Shown one piece after another: positions 61,803 to 64,000 of a stretch of 64,000 nucleotides of DNA. Source of the stretch: a bacterium (GTDB taxonomy: Bacteria > SAR324 > NAC60-12). Within the stretch, counting starts at the first letter, position 1. Every line of letters starts with the position of its first letter. Where the stretch lies: contig CBDDTI010000747.1 of assembly GCA_965233585.1 (NCBI GenBank), positions 896,001 to 960,000 on the forward strand, given 5' to 3'. The position numbers and the translations under genes were made by a program. The notes beneath the pieces are model-generated. The model saw only the letters and a program-made list of their open reading frames with translations. It did no database searches and was not told where the DNA came from.

Positions 61803-63029
61803 ATGCAAAAAGAATTATTAAAGCAATATCAATCATTTCAAGAGAAAGGTCTAAATTTAGATTTGACTCGTGGTAAACCCTCTTCGGAACAATTAGATTT
61901 GTCAAATGACCTCTGTTCAGATTCTGGCAATGAGCTGTTTCATGCGGAGACAGACCTGCGTAATTATGGGGGAATTGACGGAATTGCAACAGCTAAGACG
62001 TTGGGGGCAGATATTCTACAAACTTCACCAGAACAGGTGTTGGTTGGTGGAAATAGCAGTCTGTCCTTGATGTATCACACTGTTTTAAATTCGTTTCTCT
62101 ATGGAGTAGATGAACAACAAGCATGGGTGAAAGAATCAGAACGTGTTGCTTTTTTGTGTCCTTCTCCGGGATACGACCGACACTTTACGATTTGTGAGAA
62201 TTTGGGAATTGACATGATTGCTGTGCCAATGCTTTCATCAGGTCCTGACATGGATCGCGTGGAACAAGACATTGCTAAGAATCCCAAAATACGTGGCATG
62301 TGGTGCGTTCCTAAATATTCTAATCCGACAGGCTGTATTTATTCAGATGAGACAGTGGAGCGAATTGCTCAACTTGGAAAAGTAGCACACCCTTCTTTTC
62401 GTGTGTTGTGGGACAATGCCTATGCGGTGCATGATTTTGGCACACCTCAACCTTTGGCAAGTCTTTTTGAGGCAGTGCAAAGGCATCAAACGCAAGATTC
62501 TGTTGTGGCATTTGCTTCAACCTCCAAAATCACTTTTGCAGGTGCAGGCATCAGCTTTCTGGCGTCGTCTCAAAAAAATCTGACCTCCTTAAAAAAACTT
62601 TTTTCAGTGATGAGCATCGGACCAGACAAGTTGAATCAACAACGTCACATGTTGTTTCTCAAAAACCTGTCTAATTTGCAAGACCACATGAAAAAGCAGG
62701 CTCAAATCATTCAACCTAAATTTGAGCTAGCCCTTTCTGTTCTGGCAAAAAACTTGAGCGAACCGAGTGAGGGGAGTTGGACGAAGCCGCAAGGGGGTTA
62801 CTTCATTTCATTTGAAACTCTGCCTTTTCAAGCAACCAAAGTCATTCGGCTTGCCAAAGATGCGGGGGTGAAGCTGACGCCTGCAGGCTCTGCATTCCCT
62901 TACAAAAAAGACCCTCTTGATACAAACATCAGAATTGCCCCAACCTTTGCAACTCTTGAAGACATTGAGCAGGCTATGGAAATCTTTACGTTGTGTGTCA
63001 AAATCGCTTTATCTTCTGAAGACGTTTAG
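61803..63029 (+). CDS. PLP-dependent aminotransferase class I/II
   Basis: LDLTRGKPS, PGYDRHF, VPKYSNPTG, WDNAY, STSKITFAG, NIRIAP. Confidence 0.92.
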   Translation: MQKELLKQYQSFQEKGLNLDLTRGKPSSEQLDLSNDLCSDSGNELFHAETDLRNYGGIDGIATAKTLGADILQTSPEQVLVGGNSSLSLMYHTVLNSFLYGVDEQQAWVKESERVAFLCPSPGYDRHFTICENLGIDMIAVPMLSSGPDMDRVEQDIAKNPKIRGMWCVPKYSNPTGCIYSDETVERIAQLGKVAHPSFRVLWDNAYAVHDFGTPQPLASLFEAVQRHQTQDSVVAFASTSKITFAGAGISFLASSQKNLTSLKKLFSVMSIGPDKLNQQRHMLFLKNLSNLQDHMKKQAQIIQPKFELALSVLAKNLSEPSEGSWTKPQGGYFISFETLPFQATKVIRLAKDAGVKLTPAGSAFPYKKDPLDTNIRIAPTFATLEDIEQAMEIFTLCVKIALSSEDV

Positions 63030-64000
63030 TTGGCTTTTTGCAAAGTTGAGACAGGGACGATGAAAGCATCTTTGAATTTTTGGTCTTTCTCAATGACCTC
63101 CAGCCTTAACTGAATGGCTTTTTCTTTGTCTGTGTCTCCTCCGATTTGAACCCTGATAAACTCTACATCTTGTTGTGCTTGTTGTGCGATAAAGTAGAGT
63201 TGTTTCAAGTAAAGTTGATTCAAATGAGACCTGACACGCACAGCCACGTTTAAATCAGGAAAGAGTCCCAATGAAATACTGAACTTGTCATCTTGTTGTT
63301 TGCGGAAGGCATAGCCCGGCAGGGTGTTTTCATCGTTGATACGGCTCACCCAACGGGCAGCGTCTTCTTCTCCAAACTGCTGCCTAGAGACAACTTCTGT
63401 AATGTTGTTGACTTCTACATGCTTGTTGAGGATTGGCTTATAGCCGTATCTTTGAAGCAAAAATCGGAAATCATCAGCACATTCTTGATGAATGCAATTT
63501 GCCACTTGCACGTAGTATTGAATGACTTCTTTGGGTGGCGTTGGTTCTGGCTCTGCAACGGGTTCTGGTTTGGGCGGTGGTGGTGGAGGTTCTGGCTCTG
63601 GTGCGACTTCTACAACGGGTTCTGGCACAGGTGGCGGTAGGGGTAGAGGTTCTGGCTCTGGTGCGACTTCTACAACAGGCTCTGGGACAGGTGGAGGTAG
63701 CTCTGTTGGCTGGTTCATCCATGCTAAGATGGCAATGGTAAGACTTCCTAAAACTGCCCCTGAGACACCAGAAATGATTCCGGGAATGAGGAGAGGCTTT
63801 TTTTGTGAATCTTCCTCATCAAAACTTTTAGCAGGTTCATCGTCAAAACTTTCATCAGGTTCATCGTCAAAACTCTCATCAGGTTCATCGTCAAAACTTT
63901 CATCAGGTTCGTCATTATCAAAACTCTCTTCTGTCTCTTCTTCTTGCACATCAAGGTCATCAACAGTAGAGAGGTCTTCAAAGAAAGAATCTAGGTCTCG
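63026..64000 (-). CDS. SPOR-domain membrane protein with acidic and proline-rich repeats (5' end outside the window)
   Basis: 24-bp DDEPDESF repeats, TM helix, 60-bp PPPVPEPVVEVAPEPEP repeats, YYVQVA...RVQIG...A..L...DAFIV SPOR-like domain. Confidence 0.75.
   Translation of the reverse strand, partial: RDLDSFFEDLSTVDDLDVQEEETEESFDNDEPDESFDDEPDESFDDEPDESFDDEPAKSFDEEDSQKKPLLIPGIISGVSGAVLGSLTIAILAWMNQPTELPPPVPEPVVEVAPEPEPLPLPPPVPEPVVEVAPEPEPPPPPPKPEPVAEPEPTPPKEVIQYYVQVANCIHQECADDFRFLLQRYGYKPILNKHVEVNNITEVVSRQQFGEEDAARWVSRINDENTLPGYAFRKQQDDKFSISLGLFPDLNVAVRVRSHLNQLYLKQLYFIAQQAQQDVEFIRVQIGGDTDKEKAIQLRLEVIEKDQKFKDAFIVPVSTLQKAN

Overview
A 64 kb bacterial chromosomal window of roughly 40% GC by eye, with AT-rich islands. 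The gene content loosely suggests a host-associated deltaproteobacterium/SAR324-like organism, but this is inference only. Housekeeping genes include trpF, galK, a lipoyl-fused lpd, a NAMPT, ftsY, an LpxL-type acyltransferase, dppAB-like ABC genes, tmk, pepA, aspS, trxB, queF and purL. Five kinds of accessory structure are interleaved with them. (1) Two mosaic paralogous giant surface lipoproteins (Fn3 + Kelch-like propeller + variable C-terminal domain), each followed by clusters of palindromic REP-like repeats and by near-identical coiled-coil/PD-(D/E)XK nuclease genes bracketed by an identical 28-bp GTAG REP. (2) Five IS1-family elements of two types; four of them interrupt or abut restriction/defence genes. 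(3) An apparent ~40 kb inversion between two IS1 copies (16192-16951 and 57077-57836) that separated the N- and C-terminal parts of one putative restriction endonuclease gene. (4) Two independent cases in which an accessory gene is fused to a diverged duplicate of the 5' end of the gene immediately downstream (MTase/lpd and DUF547/dppA), suggesting gene capture at gene starts. (5) An SBBP-repeat lipoprotein where the rest of the peptide ABC operon would be expected. No rRNA, tRNA, CRISPR-Cas or reverse transcriptase was recognised.
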